Shown here: piece by piece, positions 20,043-30,317 of the stretch | Layout of the letters: each line of letters opens with the position of its first letter | Position numbering within the stretch: position 1 is the stretch's first letter | Source of the DNA: Aliivibrio fischeri ES114 | GTDB lineage: Bacteria; Pseudomonadota; Gammaproteobacteria; Enterobacterales; Vibrionaceae | Length of the DNA stretch: 32,000 nt | Direction: 5' to 3' (one strand) | Assembly (NCBI RefSeq): GCF_000011805.1 | Contig: NC_006840.2 | Notes under the pieces: generated by a model | The model's database searches: none | What the model was told of the DNA's origin: nothing | The model's input: only the letters and a program-made list of their open reading frames with translations | Made by a program: the position numbers and the translations under genes

Positions 20043-20089
20043 AATTCACTCTTCCAGTCTGTGACAAAAAATATTAAAAGATGGATCTA

Positions 20090-20119
20090 GTCACTACACG
20101 CGATCCTGCGTGTAGTGAC
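20090..20119. other. Intercistronic hairpin between oppA and oppB
   Basis: GTCACTACACG-CGATCCTG-CGTGTAGTGAC, 11-bp perfect GC-containing stem. Confidence 0.85.
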
Positions 20120-20147
20120 ATTTTTTATAATTTTATTTTGCTAATAA

Positions 20148-21812
20148 TTACTTAGCTTTGATATATAGGTCTTTCGAGTAGATTTTTTCTTCCGCATTGC
20201 CCGTTGGGAAGCCACCTACTTGTGGGGATAGTAAACGTGATTTAACATATTGATAAATAGGAGCAATTGGCATATCTTTCGCTAGAAGTTTCTCAGCTTC
20301 TAAATAGATAGCATTACGCTCTTCTTCAGAAGTTGATGCCAATGCTTTTTCAATCAACGCATCATACTCTGCACTACCGTAATGTTGGCCACCAGTTGTA
20401 TTTTTACTTACCATTAATGTTAGGAAAGCTGACGCTTCATTATAATCGCCACACCAACCCGCACGAGCCACTTCAAACTGGCCTTGATCTTTAGAATCTA
20501 GGTATGTTTTCCACTCTTGGTTTTCTAAAACAACTTCTAGCCCAAGTGTCTTTTTCCACATAGAGCCAGCTGCCACAGCGATCTTCTTATGGTTTTCAGA
20601 AGTGTTGTACAGCAATGTAAATTTAAGTGGATTCTCAGGACCAAAGCCCGCTTCTGTTAATAAACGTTTTGCTTCTGCATTACGTTCATCTTGAGTCATT
20701 TTGCCATAAGCAGGAAGTTCAGGATTGAAGCCAGCAGTAATCTCAGGTGTTAAGAAATAAGCTGGTTTTTGGCCTTGACCTAGAATTACGTCTGAAACAA
20801 TAGAACGGTCAATAGCGTAAGAAATCGCTTTACGGACACGAACATCATCAAACGGTTTTTTCTTAGTATTAAACGAGTAGTAGTAAGTACATAAGCTACC
20901 TACAACAGAAACTGAATCAGGTTCTTCTTTTTGTAGACGTTTAAAGTGTTCAACTGGAAGTTCATTAGTAAAGTCTAGCTCTCCAGATAAGAAGCGGTTC
21001 ATTTCTGAAACCTGATTTTCGATAGGTAAGAACGTTACCTTAGTTAGTTTAGTATCTTTGTTGTCCCAGTATTGTTCATTACGAACAAGCTCTAGGCGTT
21101 CATTTACAACCCAGTCATTAACAACGAATGCACCATTACCAACAAAATTACCTGGTTTAGTCCATTGATCTCCAAATTTTTCAATTGTTGCTTTATGAAC
21201 AGGCTTCACTGTCGTGTGGCCCATCATTTTTACGAAATAAGGAACAGCAGTCTCAAGTTGAACTTCTAGAGTATGAGCATCAATCGCTTTAACGCCAAGT
21301 TCACTCTTATCTTTCTTACCAGCAACGATGTCTTTTGCATTTGCCATCTTAGTATATTCCATATACCAAGAGTATGGTGATGCTGTCATTGGATCGACTG
21401 CTCTTTGGAAACTGTATACAAAATCATCAGCAGTTACAGGATCACCATTTGACCATTTAGCATCTTTACGTAAATGGAATACAAATTTTTTGTTATCTGT
21501 TGTTTCCCAACTTTCTGCAACACCTGGGATCGTATTACCGTCAGCATCTTGATTTACAAGACCTTCTAATAGATCACGGATAACGTGAGATTCAGGAACA
21601 CCTTGGGATTTATGAGGGTCTAAAGTCGCAACCTCAGTACCATTACCACGAACCAACTCTTGTACATCTGCATATACGACTTCAGTTGATTCAGGTTTTT
21701 CAGCAGGTTTCGTTTGTTTGACAGGTTGCTCTGCGGTTTTATCTCCACAGCCAGCAAGTGCTAGTGACAGGCCACCAAGCAAAATCGCTTGTGTAATTTT
21801 ATTCTTATACAT
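20148..21812 (-). CDS. oppA: Periplasmic oligopeptide-binding protein OppA (lipoprotein-like signal LAGCGDK)
   Basis: ATLDPHKSQGVPESHVIRDLLEGLVNQDADGNTIPGVAESWE..., SBP family 5 motifs; first gene of opp operon. Confidence 0.95.
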   Translation of the reverse strand: MYKNKITQAILLGGLSLALAGCGDKTAEQPVKQTKPAEKPESTEVVYADVQELVRGNGTEVATLDPHKSQGVPESHVIRDLLEGLVNQDADGNTIPGVAESWETTDNKKFVFHLRKDAKWSNGDPVTADDFVYSFQRAVDPMTASPYSWYMEYTKMANAKDIVAGKKDKSELGVKAIDAHTLEVQLETAVPYFVKMMGHTTVKPVHKATIEKFGDQWTKPGNFVGNGAFVVNDWVVNERLELVRNEQYWDNKDTKLTKVTFLPIENQVSEMNRFLSGELDFTNELPVEHFKRLQKEEPDSVSVVGSLCTYYYSFNTKKKPFDDVRVRKAISYAIDRSIVSDVILGQGQKPAYFLTPEITAGFNPELPAYGKMTQDERNAEAKRLLTEAGFGPENPLKFTLLYNTSENHKKIAVAAGSMWKKTLGLEVVLENQEWKTYLDSKDQGQFEVARAGWCGDYNEASAFLTLMVSKNTTGGQHYGSAEYDALIEKALASTSEEERNAIYLEAEKLLAKDMPIAPIYQYVKSRLLSPQVGGFPTGNAEEKIYSKDLYIKAK

Positions 21813-22427
21813 GCATTAACTCCAATACATTCAATTTGCATCCATGACATTCTTCGGGCAAAACGACTCGCCAATCATTTAAATCTAAAAAACGTTAAAT
21901 ACGCCTAAAAAAGATTAAATCCTTCGAAGAATTGTGGGCAACATTATCAATCATTGAAGTAATTTGCCACATTTTTGTCACAAAACACCCGATAATTTTT
22001 AAAATCATCACAAATAACCGAATAATTAACCAGATTATTTATCCTTTATGGATTGAACGAATACAAAGCTTAATAAAGGTAGAATCCCCTACTATTTTGT
22101 CTAGTTTCTCATCAATAAGCCACATATTAATCCAACAATTTTGCAACAAAAAATATAATATCGATGAGATTTTAAACAAAAAAAACCATAAAAACTAAAT
22201 TCAAAGCACAAATAAACATCTATTTTTATAAAGCAATAAAAAAATGACATTCTTTAGGGCCGTCCAACATTCTTTTTTTGTAATTGCATTTAAAACATGT
22301 GAATACCTAAGGTTGATGCCAAACTAAGCACTTCTTCTGGCAATTTATAAATTATAAACAAAGATAATATGGATGCTGTAATTTCAGCAGTAATCCAACT
22401 TGGATTAATTTATCAAGGATGTTATTT

Positions 22428-24965
22428 ATGTTTAAAAAGAAACTTGGACTGTGCTCAGCAGCCGTGACTCTTGCCCTTTCTGCTCCAGCTTTTGCGGCAG
22501 CCCCAGGGCAAGCGATCATCTCTTGGATGGAAACTGATTTTTCTATTATTGAGATCGATCAAGCAGCCACCTCATACAAAAGTCTGGTAACAGTAAAAGA
22601 TTTTGCTGAAGTTCCTGTTACATGGGATCGTTGGTCTGGAGAGTCTGCAGAAAAATGGCGTGTGTTATTAAATGGTGTTGTTGTTCATGAAGAAAGTGTT
22701 TCTCCTGCGGCTTCTCAAAAAGCGTCAACAACTCTACAGGTTCGTCAAGGTGGCCAGTATGAAATGACGGTGCAGCTTTGTAATGGCTCTGGTGCAACTG
22801 AAGAATGTAGCACTAGTGCTGCAAAATCAATTGTAGTAGCAGATACTGACGGTAGCCATTTAGATCCATTGCCAATGAATGTAGACCCAGCAAACGGTAA
22901 TTACACTACACCGGCGGGTATGGTTTCAGGTGCCTATTTTGTTGAATGGGGTGTTTATGGACGTAAATTTGCTGTAGACCAAATCCCCGCGCAAAACTTA
23001 ACTCATATACTTTATGGTTTCATTCCAATTTGTGGCCCTAACCCATCGTTAGGAGAGATTGAAAATGGAAACAGCCTAGCAGCTCTTAACCGTGCTTGTG
23101 CAGGTACTCCTGATTATGAAGTAGTTATTCATGACCCATGGGCAGCGGTTCAAATGCCACAACCACAGTCTGGTCATGTTCATAGTACTCCTTATAAAGG
23201 GACTTACGGCCAAATGATGGCACTTAAGCAGCGTTATCCAGACCTAAAAATTGTCCCATCAATTGGAGGCTGGACTCTATCTGATCCTTTCTACGATTTC
23301 GTTGATAAATCAAAACGAGATATTTTTGTTGCCTCAGTTAAAAAGTTTCTTAAAACATGGAAGTTTTATGATGGTGTAGATATTGACTGGGAATTCCCTG
23401 GTGGCGACGGTGCAAGTGCTACTGATGGTGATCCTGTAAATGACGGCCCTGCTTATGTTGCATTAATGCAAGAATTAAGAGCAATGCTTGATGAGTTAAG
23501 TGCTGAAACAGGAAAAACCTATGAATTAACATCAGCAATTGGTGCTGGTTATGACAAAATTGAAGATGTTGATTATGCCGCTGCATCGCAGTACATGGAT
23601 TACATCTTTGCAATGACATACGATTTTTACGGTGGTTGGAACAACGTCGTTGGTCATCAAACGGCACTAAACTGTGGCTCTCATATGTCTCAAGGTGAAT
23701 GTGACGGTACCGGTCTTGATGATAAAGGTGAACCAAGAAAAGGACCTGCATACACAACAAGTAATGCGATCGATTTGTTATTAGCTCAAGGTGTTGATGC
23801 TAAGAAGCTGGTTGTTGGTGCCGCTATGTATGCACGTGGCTGGACAGGTGTTACACGCGAGAGTATGACAGATCCAACAAATCCTATGACAGGTGTTGGT
23901 AACGGTAAAGTGGCAGGTTCATGGGAAGCTGGCGTTATCGATTATAAAGATGTGGTAACTCGCTACATAGATAAAGCTGGTGTTGAGGTTGGTTATGATG
24001 AAGTAGCTCAAGCCGCTTACGCTTATGACCCAAGCAATGGTGATTTAGTTACTTATGACAATAAAAGATCGATTCTAGCTAAAGGGGACTATGTTCGTTC
24101 ATTAGGCTTAGGCGGTCTATTTGCATGGGAAATCGATGCTGATAATGGTGACATTCTAAATGCAATGCAAGAAGGTCTTGCTGGTGATGGTACGGTTACG
24201 CCTCCTGCAAACAAAAAACCTGTCGCTAATGCTGGTGTAGATGTTTCGGTTATTGCTCCTGCATTTGTACAACTTGACGGATCATTATCCTCGGATAGCG
24301 ATGGCTCGATTGTTTCTTATGCATGGACACAAGTTTCTGGGCCTAATGTAACACTAATTGGTGCAGATTCAGTTAACCCAAGCTTTGCTACTGATACTTT
24401 TACTCAATCTGAAACACTTCAATTCACACTAAAAGTAACAGACGATAAAGGTGCGACTGCATCTGATTCAGTCGCTGTATCAGTAACCGTTGAAGGAACA
24501 GAACCGGTAAATAACCCACCAGTAGCCGTTATTGTTGCTCCAACATCAGTAAATAAAGGCGATGTGGTTACGCTTGATGCATCCACATCAACTGATGCAG
24601 ACAGTGATCCATTGACATTCACATGGGTCGTTCCTACTGGTGTTGATGCTACTGTTATTGGTTCTCAGGTTACCTTTACAGCAGCCTCTTACCCTGTTGA
24701 TACACCTTTTACTTTCTCTGTCACAGCAAATGATGGTCAAGCATCAGACACAGCAAATGTTACTGTTACTGTACTTAAAGATGCTGGTGATCCACCAGTA
24801 ACTTGTGATAACGCATGGGATGCTTCAACAGTCTATACTGGTGGTGACCAAGTTTCTCAAGCTGGTAAAGTATGGGAAGCGAAATGGTGGACAAAAGGTG
24901 ATGAACCATCAAAATCTGGTGAATGGGGAGTATGGAAAGAAGTCGGTATTTCTACTTGTAACTAA
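22428..24965 (+). CDS. Secreted GH18 chitinase (ChiA-type) with N-terminal chitinase A domain, two PKD-like modules and C-terminal CBM5/12
   Basis: Signal peptide; SIGGWTLSDPF; catalytic FYDGVDIDWEFPGG (DxxDxDxE); AMTYDFYGGW; repeats PVANAGVDVSV..QLDGSLSSDSDGSIVSYAWTQVSG and PPVAVIVAPTSVNKGDVVTLDASTSTDADSDPLTFTW; C-term AWDASTVYTGGDQVSQAGKVWEAKWWTKGDEP. Start at 22428 preferred because AAGGA (22415-22419) overlaps the 22419 ATG. Confidence 0.96.
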   Translation: MFKKKLGLCSAAVTLALSAPAFAAAPGQAIISWMETDFSIIEIDQAATSYKSLVTVKDFAEVPVTWDRWSGESAEKWRVLLNGVVVHEESVSPAASQKASTTLQVRQGGQYEMTVQLCNGSGATEECSTSAAKSIVVADTDGSHLDPLPMNVDPANGNYTTPAGMVSGAYFVEWGVYGRKFAVDQIPAQNLTHILYGFIPICGPNPSLGEIENGNSLAALNRACAGTPDYEVVIHDPWAAVQMPQPQSGHVHSTPYKGTYGQMMALKQRYPDLKIVPSIGGWTLSDPFYDFVDKSKRDIFVASVKKFLKTWKFYDGVDIDWEFPGGDGASATDGDPVNDGPAYVALMQELRAMLDELSAETGKTYELTSAIGAGYDKIEDVDYAAASQYMDYIFAMTYDFYGGWNNVVGHQTALNCGSHMSQGECDGTGLDDKGEPRKGPAYTTSNAIDLLLAQGVDAKKLVVGAAMYARGWTGVTRESMTDPTNPMTGVGNGKVAGSWEAGVIDYKDVVTRYIDKAGVEVGYDEVAQAAYAYDPSNGDLVTYDNKRSILAKGDYVRSLGLGGLFAWEIDADNGDILNAMQEGLAGDGTVTPPANKKPVANAGVDVSVIAPAFVQLDGSLSSDSDGSIVSYAWTQVSGPNVTLIGADSVNPSFATDTFTQSETLQFTLKVTDDKGATASDSVAVSVTVEGTEPVNNPPVAVIVAPTSVNKGDVVTLDASTSTDADSDPLTFTWVVPTGVDATVIGSQVTFTAASYPVDTPFTFSVTANDGQASDTANVTVTVLKDAGDPPVTCDNAWDASTVYTGGDQVSQAGKVWEAKWWTKGDEPSKSGEWGVWKEVGISTCN

Positions 24966-24984
24966 TCCTTTCATTTAAAAATAA

Positions 24985-25018
24985 AAAGACCAAGCTCACT
25001 TATCTGAACTTGGTCTTT
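24985..25018. terminator. Bidirectional terminator between chitinase gene and tdk
   Basis: AAAGACCAAG...CTTGGTCTTT with A-run and T-rich flanks between convergent genes. Confidence 0.88.
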
Positions 25019-25051
25019 CTTTTAAAACCGTACAAACTAATTAAGTAAATT

Positions 25052-25630
25052 CTATTTACCTAGCGCTTCTTTATAATGGCGTCGACATACTGAAACGTAC
25101 AACTCATTACCACCGATAGCAACTTGATCACCATCTGCAATGGCTACACCATGCTCATCCGTACGAATCACCATGTTTGCTTTACGTCCACAGTGACAAA
25201 TGGTTTTTAATTCAACCAATTTATCAGCCCAAGAAAGTAAATATTTACTTCCCTCAAATAACTCTCCTAAAAAGTCAGTTCGTAAGCCATAACAAAGTGC
25301 TGGGATATTTAATTTATCAACGACTTCTGTCAGTTGATATACTTGTTCTTTCGTTAAAAACTGACATTCATCAATTAAAACACAGTGAAGTTTTTCTGCT
25401 TCATGCAACTCTTTAATTGCGTCGAATACATTCGTTTCTTTATTAAACAAGTGTGCTTCTGCATGTAAACCAATTCGAGAACTTACTTTACCAACACCAT
25501 AACGATCATCAATCGCGGCTGTAAAAATAGCAGGATTCATACCGCGTTCTTGATAATTAAATGATGATTGAAGAAGTGTTGTTGATTTCCCCGCATTCAT
25601 TGCAGAGTAATAAAAATACATTTGTGCCAC
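25052..25630 (-). CDS. tdk: Thymidine kinase
   Basis: [40 protein letters not shown], zinc-binding CHCGRKA...CRRHY. Confidence 0.97.
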   Translation of the reverse strand: MAQMYFYYSAMNAGKSTTLLQSSFNYQERGMNPAIFTAAIDDRYGVGKVSSRIGLHAEAHLFNKETNVFDAIKELHEAEKLHCVLIDECQFLTKEQVYQLTEVVDKLNIPALCYGLRTDFLGELFEGSKYLLSWADKLVELKTICHCGRKANMVIRTDEHGVAIADGDQVAIGGNELYVSVCRRHYKEALGK

Positions 25631-25672
25631 AAATGTGTCCTCTATTAAAGTTTAAAAATTTGGTAATAAAAA

Positions 25673-25694
25673 AGGCTGGAAATACCAGCCCTTT
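25673..25694 (-). terminator. Terminator after cysS
   Basis: GGCTGG-AAATA-CCAGCC with an A-run on the left side of the + strand. Confidence 0.75.
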
Positions 25695-25711
25695 ATATAA
25701 AACTGTTTGTA

Positions 25712-27097
25712 TTACTTACGACGCCACGTTGTTCCTTCAGGGCCATCTTCTAATACAATATTTAATGCAGCAATCGCATCACGAGCAGCATCTGCTGCTG
25801 CCCAATCTTTTGCTGCACGAGCATCATTACGCGCTTTAATTAACGCTTCTATTTCCGCAACATCATCATTGCTGCTTCCACCTTGTAAGAATGCTTCAGG
25901 CTCTTGTGATAATAAACCTAATACATCTGCTAGTTCACGCATTAATGCACCTAATTTAGATGCAGTATCTATATTTTCAGTTTTAAGACGGTTCACTTCG
26001 CGAGCCATTTCAAATAATACTGAATACGCTTCTGGTGTATTAAAATCATCATTCATCGCTGTAGAGAAGCGACCAACAAACTCTTCACCACCAGCAGGAG
26101 TCACTGATAGATCAAGACCACGTAGCGATGTGTATAAACGCTCTAGTGATGCACGAGCTTGATTTAGATTCTCTTCACTGTAGTTTAATTGGCTACGGTA
26201 GTGACCAGACATTAAGAAATAACGAACCGTTTCTGAATCGTAATGAGCAAGAACGTCACGAATAGTAAAGAAATTACCTAATGACTTAGACATTTTCTCA
26301 CGATCAACCATCACCATTCCACTGTGCATCCAAGTATTTACGTATGGGGTATCATGTGCACAGCAAGATTGAGCAATTTCATTTTCATGGTGTGGGAACA
26401 TCAAATCAGAACCACCACCGTGAATATCAAAATGATCACCAAGAATAGATGAGTTCATTGCTGAACACTCAATGTGCCAACCTGGACGGCCTGGTCCCCA
26501 TGGAGATTCCCATGTTGGTTCACCTGGTTTTGACATCTTCCATAAAACAAAATCCATTCCGCTACGTTTTACACTTGCTTCTTCTAATGTAACACGGGAA
26601 CCAGCTTGAAGTTGTTCAAGATCTTGACGAGAAAGACAACCATATTCATCGTATTTTTTCACTTCGAACATTACATCGCCATTCGATGCCACATAAGCAA
26701 AGCCACGCTCAATTAATCGCTCAACCAATGCAATGATTTCTTTAATGTACTCTGTTGCACGAGGTTCCACATCTGGGCGTTTCATGTTTAACGCATCAAA
26801 ATCAGCATGCATGTCAGCAATCAAACGCTCAGTTAATGCATCACATGTTTCACCATTTTCAGCGGCACGTTTAATGATTTTGTCATCAATATCTGTGATG
26901 TTACGAACAAAAGTTAAATCGTAACCAAGAAAACGTAAATAACGAGAAATAACATCAAAAGAGACAAATGTACGACCGTGACCGATATGACACAAATCGT
27001 AAATGGTAACCCCACACACATACATACCGACTTTACCTTCGGTAATTGGCTTAAATTCTTCTTTTTGACGTGTAAGTGAGTTATATATTTTCAACAT
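25712..27097 (-). CDS. cysS: Cysteinyl-tRNA synthetase
   Basis: [17 protein letters not shown]...[34 protein letters not shown]. Confidence 0.98.
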   Translation of the reverse strand: MLKIYNSLTRQKEEFKPITEGKVGMYVCGVTIYDLCHIGHGRTFVSFDVISRYLRFLGYDLTFVRNITDIDDKIIKRAAENGETCDALTERLIADMHADFDALNMKRPDVEPRATEYIKEIIALVERLIERGFAYVASNGDVMFEVKKYDEYGCLSRQDLEQLQAGSRVTLEEASVKRSGMDFVLWKMSKPGEPTWESPWGPGRPGWHIECSAMNSSILGDHFDIHGGGSDLMFPHHENEIAQSCCAHDTPYVNTWMHSGMVMVDREKMSKSLGNFFTIRDVLAHYDSETVRYFLMSGHYRSQLNYSEENLNQARASLERLYTSLRGLDLSVTPAGGEEFVGRFSTAMNDDFNTPEAYSVLFEMAREVNRLKTENIDTASKLGALMRELADVLGLLSQEPEAFLQGGSSNDDVAEIEALIKARNDARAAKDWAAADAARDAIAALNIVLEDGPEGTTWRRK

Positions 27098-27245
27098 GCT
27101 CTTTTTTTACTCATTATTTGTTTAAAGGATATATATAAGCTATTAGACCTATATTAAGTGCTGATAGCAAGAAAATTCCCTGTAGATTCTGATTAATCTT
27201 AGGTAAAATCAAATTCTATTTAAATACAATTACAAAGGTAATTCC

Positions 27246-27743
27246 ATGATCATCCTACATACATCATTTGGTGACATCACAGTTAAACTTCACGAAGACA
27301 AAGCACCAGCAACGTGTGCTAACTTCCTACAATACTGTAAAGATGGTTTCTACGACAACACTCTTTTCCACCGTGTAATTGATGGTTTTATGGTTCAAGG
27401 TGGCGGCATGACTTCAGGTCTTGAAGAAAAAACTGGCCGTGCAACTATCAAAAACGAAGCAAATAATGGCCTAAGCAACAAAGTAGGTACATTAGCAATG
27501 GCTCGTACTATGGAACCGCATTCAGCAAGTTCTCAATTCTTCATCAACGTTAACGACAACAAATTCCTAGATTTTAAATCTGAATCTCTAGATGGTTGGG
27601 GTTACTGTGTGTTTGCTGAAGTGGTTGAAGGCATGGACGTTGTAAACAAAATCAAAGGTGTTGCTACTGGTAACTACGGTTACGTACACCAAGATGTTCC
27701 TGTTGAAGAAGTATTCATCACAGGCACAACAATCACAGAATAA
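27246..27743 (+). CDS. ppiB: Peptidyl-prolyl cis-trans isomerase B (cyclophilin)
   Basis: [53 protein letters not shown]; divergent from cysS. Confidence 0.97.
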   Translation: MIILHTSFGDITVKLHEDKAPATCANFLQYCKDGFYDNTLFHRVIDGFMVQGGGMTSGLEEKTGRATIKNEANNGLSNKVGTLAMARTMEPHSASSQFFINVNDNKFLDFKSESLDGWGYCVFAEVVEGMDVVNKIKGVATGNYGYVHQDVPVEEVFITGTTITE

Positions 27744-27755
27744 TTCTGTTTTTTT

Positions 27756-27777
27756 GCCAGCTTTATTCAAAGCTGGC
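27756..27777 (+). terminator. Hairpin/terminator-like element between ppiB and lpxH
   Basis: GCCAGCTTT-ATTC-AAAGCTGGC perfect 9-bp stem, T-rich on both sides. Confidence 0.7.
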
Positions 27778-27803
27778 ATTTTCTCATTACCAATAAAGTA
27801 TTT

Positions 27804-28529
27804 ATGACTATCTTATTTATTTCTGATCTTCACTTATCCCCTCTTCGCCCTGACATCACGGATTGTTTTATTGATTTTATGCAGAATGAAGCCATTCATG
27901 CTGAAAAACTCTACGTATTAGGCGACTTATTTGAATTTTGGATTGGTGATGATGATAATTCTCCATTTAATGTTTCAATCAAAAATGAGTTTAAGGCATT
28001 AACGGAAAAAGGAGTCAAATGTTACTTTATTCAAGGTAATAGAGATTTCCTGCTTAATAAACGCTTTTGTAAAGAAACAGGAGTTGAACTTTTAGATGAT
28101 CACACGGTTATCGAACTTGATGGTGAAAAAGTTCTTATTATGCACGGTGATACCTTGTGCATTGATGATATAAAATATCAAGAATTTAGAGCTAAAGTGC
28201 ACAAACCATGGCTTCAATGGGTCTTCAACCGAATTCCACTTTTCATTCGCCAGCGTATAGTAAAAAACGTTCAAGATAAGATTAAAGAGAAAAAACAAAC
28301 TAAAACTCTGTGCATCATGGATGTTACTCAAAGTGAAGTTGAACGTGTAATGCAAGAAGAAGGTGTTCAACGTCTTATTCATGGACATACTCACCGACCA
28401 GATACGCATACCTTTATGAGCAATAATAAAGAGATGACTCGCATTGTATTAGGTGACTGGTATAGCCAAGGTTCAATTCTTGAGTATTCAGATAAAATCT
28501 ACTCACTTCACAAAAAAGAGTTTAAATAA
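27804..28529 (+). CDS. lpxH: UDP-2,3-diacylglucosamine diphosphatase
   Basis: [59 protein letters not shown] calcineurin-like metallophosphatase motifs. Confidence 0.96.
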
Positions 28530-28642
28530 TTATTTTTAATCGTTTGCCTTTAAATGTCTCAAACAAGAAACATAGTTTTTTTACTGTAAAGCGTTTATTA
28601 TGAGCGCAGTTCCGATTCAACACGCTGTAGAGAAAAGTTGTT

Positions 28643-29845
28643 ATGTACACATATGTTGCTCGTCAACCAATCTTAGACCTAAGTAAAAATACGATTGGTT
28701 ACGAATTATTATTTCGAGACGGTCCAAAAAACACTTTTCCACTTGTTGAAGCAGAAGAAGCAACGAGCCGACTTTTATCCGATCATTTTTTAAGCTCATA
28801 CTGCAATGCAACAAATGATAAATTAGGCTTTGTTAATTTCCCTCAACAAAGCTTATTAAATCTAGTTCCTACGCTTTTTAATCCAGATAACTTAGTAGTT
28901 GAAATACTAGAAGACTGCATTCCAAGCCCTGAATTATTAGTAGCAATTAAACGTCTTGCCAAGCTAGGTTACAAACTTGCTCTTGATGATTTTGAGCCAA
29001 ATCCAGATTGGACTCCTTTTCTACCTTACATTGATATCATCAAGTTTGATATGCGTACAATGCCAATTCTAAAGGCAAAGCTATTCATTCGTCATTGTGA
29101 GAAATACAATATTAAGTTTTTAGCTGAGAAAGTAGAAACTTACGAAGAATTTGAGCAGGCAAAAGAAGCTGGCTTTACTTATTTCCAAGGCTATTTTTTC
29201 AGTAAACCTGAAATGCTTCAGCAACGAGCAATTCAACCAAATCAACTTGCGATTATTCAGTTATACCAAGAGATCTCTGCACCTAGTGTCGATTTCAATA
29301 CCGTAGAAAAATACATCACTCAAGATGTTTCACTTTCTTATAAACTGCTACGATTTGTTAACTCATCTTCTATTATTGACAAGCCAATCACCTCTTTTAA
29401 GCAAGCATTAGTCTATTTGGGTGAAACTAAGCTTCGTCAATTTGTATCATTGGTAGCAGTTGCTCATGCAACTCAACACAAACCACAATCTCTATACACG
29501 TTATCAATCCACCGTGCTAGATTGTGTGAGTTAATCGTAACTAAAACGGATATTGAATTAGAACCAAGCCAAGCTTTTTTAGTTGGACTGTTTTCTTTAC
29601 TTGAGCCTTTACTAGATCAACCGCTTGAAACACTGATTCAGCATTTGCCTATTTCTATTGAAATAAAACAAGCGCTCACTGAACGTAAAGGATTATTAGG
29701 AAAGCTGATATTAGCTATCGAGAGCTATGAAAAAGCAGATTGGAGCGTCGTAGCCGAATGTTGTCGATCTCTAAATATTACAGAAAAAGAATTTACCGCT
29801 TGTTATAAAGAATCTGCCAAATGGGTAGATGAGATAGCAAAATAG
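28643..29845 (+). CDS. EAL-HDOD domain protein with a divergent EAL domain (YuxH/CdgJ-like)
   Basis: N-term YVARQPILDLSKNTIGYELLFR, LALDDFEPNP, IIKFDMR, FLAEKVET; C-term HDOD: ITQDVSLSYKLLRFVNSS...ITSFKQALVYLGETKLRQFVSLVAVA. Confidence 0.9.
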   Translation: MYTYVARQPILDLSKNTIGYELLFRDGPKNTFPLVEAEEATSRLLSDHFLSSYCNATNDKLGFVNFPQQSLLNLVPTLFNPDNLVVEILEDCIPSPELLVAIKRLAKLGYKLALDDFEPNPDWTPFLPYIDIIKFDMRTMPILKAKLFIRHCEKYNIKFLAEKVETYEEFEQAKEAGFTYFQGYFFSKPEMLQQRAIQPNQLAIIQLYQEISAPSVDFNTVEKYITQDVSLSYKLLRFVNSSSIIDKPITSFKQALVYLGETKLRQFVSLVAVAHATQHKPQSLYTLSIHRARLCELIVTKTDIELEPSQAFLVGLFSLLEPLLDQPLETLIQHLPISIEIKQALTERKGLLGKLILAIESYEKADWSVVAECCRSLNITEKEFTACYKESAKWVDEIAK

Positions 29846-29857
29846 AGACGTCTGAAT

Positions 29858-30256
29858 ATGTCAAAATCAAATCATTGCCCTTGCGGTACAAAAAAAAATT
29901 ATTCTGTTTGTTGTGAGCCTATTCATAACAATCATTCACTAGCGATAACGCCTGAACTTTTAATGCGTTCTCGTTACAGTGCTCATGTTAAAAAATTAGT
30001 GCAATATATTATTGATACCTACCACCCTTCTTGTAATGCGGAAGAGTTTAGAGAAGGTATTATTGACTCTGTAGAGTTAGATTGGCGTAAACTTAAAGTT
30101 ATCGCTTCTTCATTATCAAAAGAAAATGCTAATGAGGGTTTTGTGACATTTAAAGCGACCTATTCAGAAGATGGCCAACTGCATCAATTAAAAGAATGCT
30201 CTCGCTTTGTCAAAGAAGATGGTAAGTGGTTCTATATTGATGGTGATGTAGAGTAA
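29858..30256 (+). CDS. YchJ-family (UPF0225) SEC-C motif protein
   Basis: N-term CPCGTKKNYSVCC SEC-C motif, LMRSRYSAHVKKLVQYIIDTYHPS typical of YchJ. Confidence 0.88.
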   Translation: MSKSNHCPCGTKKNYSVCCEPIHNNHSLAITPELLMRSRYSAHVKKLVQYIIDTYHPSCNAEEFREGIIDSVELDWRKLKVIASSLSKENANEGFVTFKATYSEDGQLHQLKECSRFVKEDGKWFYIDGDVE

Positions 30257-30264
30257 AAGACATA

Positions 30265-30296
30265 AAAAAAACGAGAGCGCTTGCTCTCGTTTTTTA
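30265..30296. terminator. Bidirectional terminator between convergent ychJ-like and NSS transporter genes
   Basis: ACGAGAGC-GCTT-GCTCTCGT flanked by A-run and T-run. Confidence 0.92.
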
Positions 30297-30317
30297 TTTT
30301 CAATACTAATTCTTAAA

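Noticed and set aside
21932-22198. 88-aa plus-strand ORF between oppA and the chitinase gene
   Set aside because: Begins with TTG, no clear ribosome-binding site, and isoleucine/asparagine-rich composition expected from AT-rich intergenic DNA.
23419-23760. 113-aa minus-strand ORF rich in His/Gln
   Set aside because: Antisense within the chitinase GH18 coding sequence; composition is a codon-usage artefact.
25707-26162. 151-aa plus-strand ORF
   Set aside because: Antisense to the 3' part of cysS; Ala/Ser/Arg-rich readthrough with no family resemblance.
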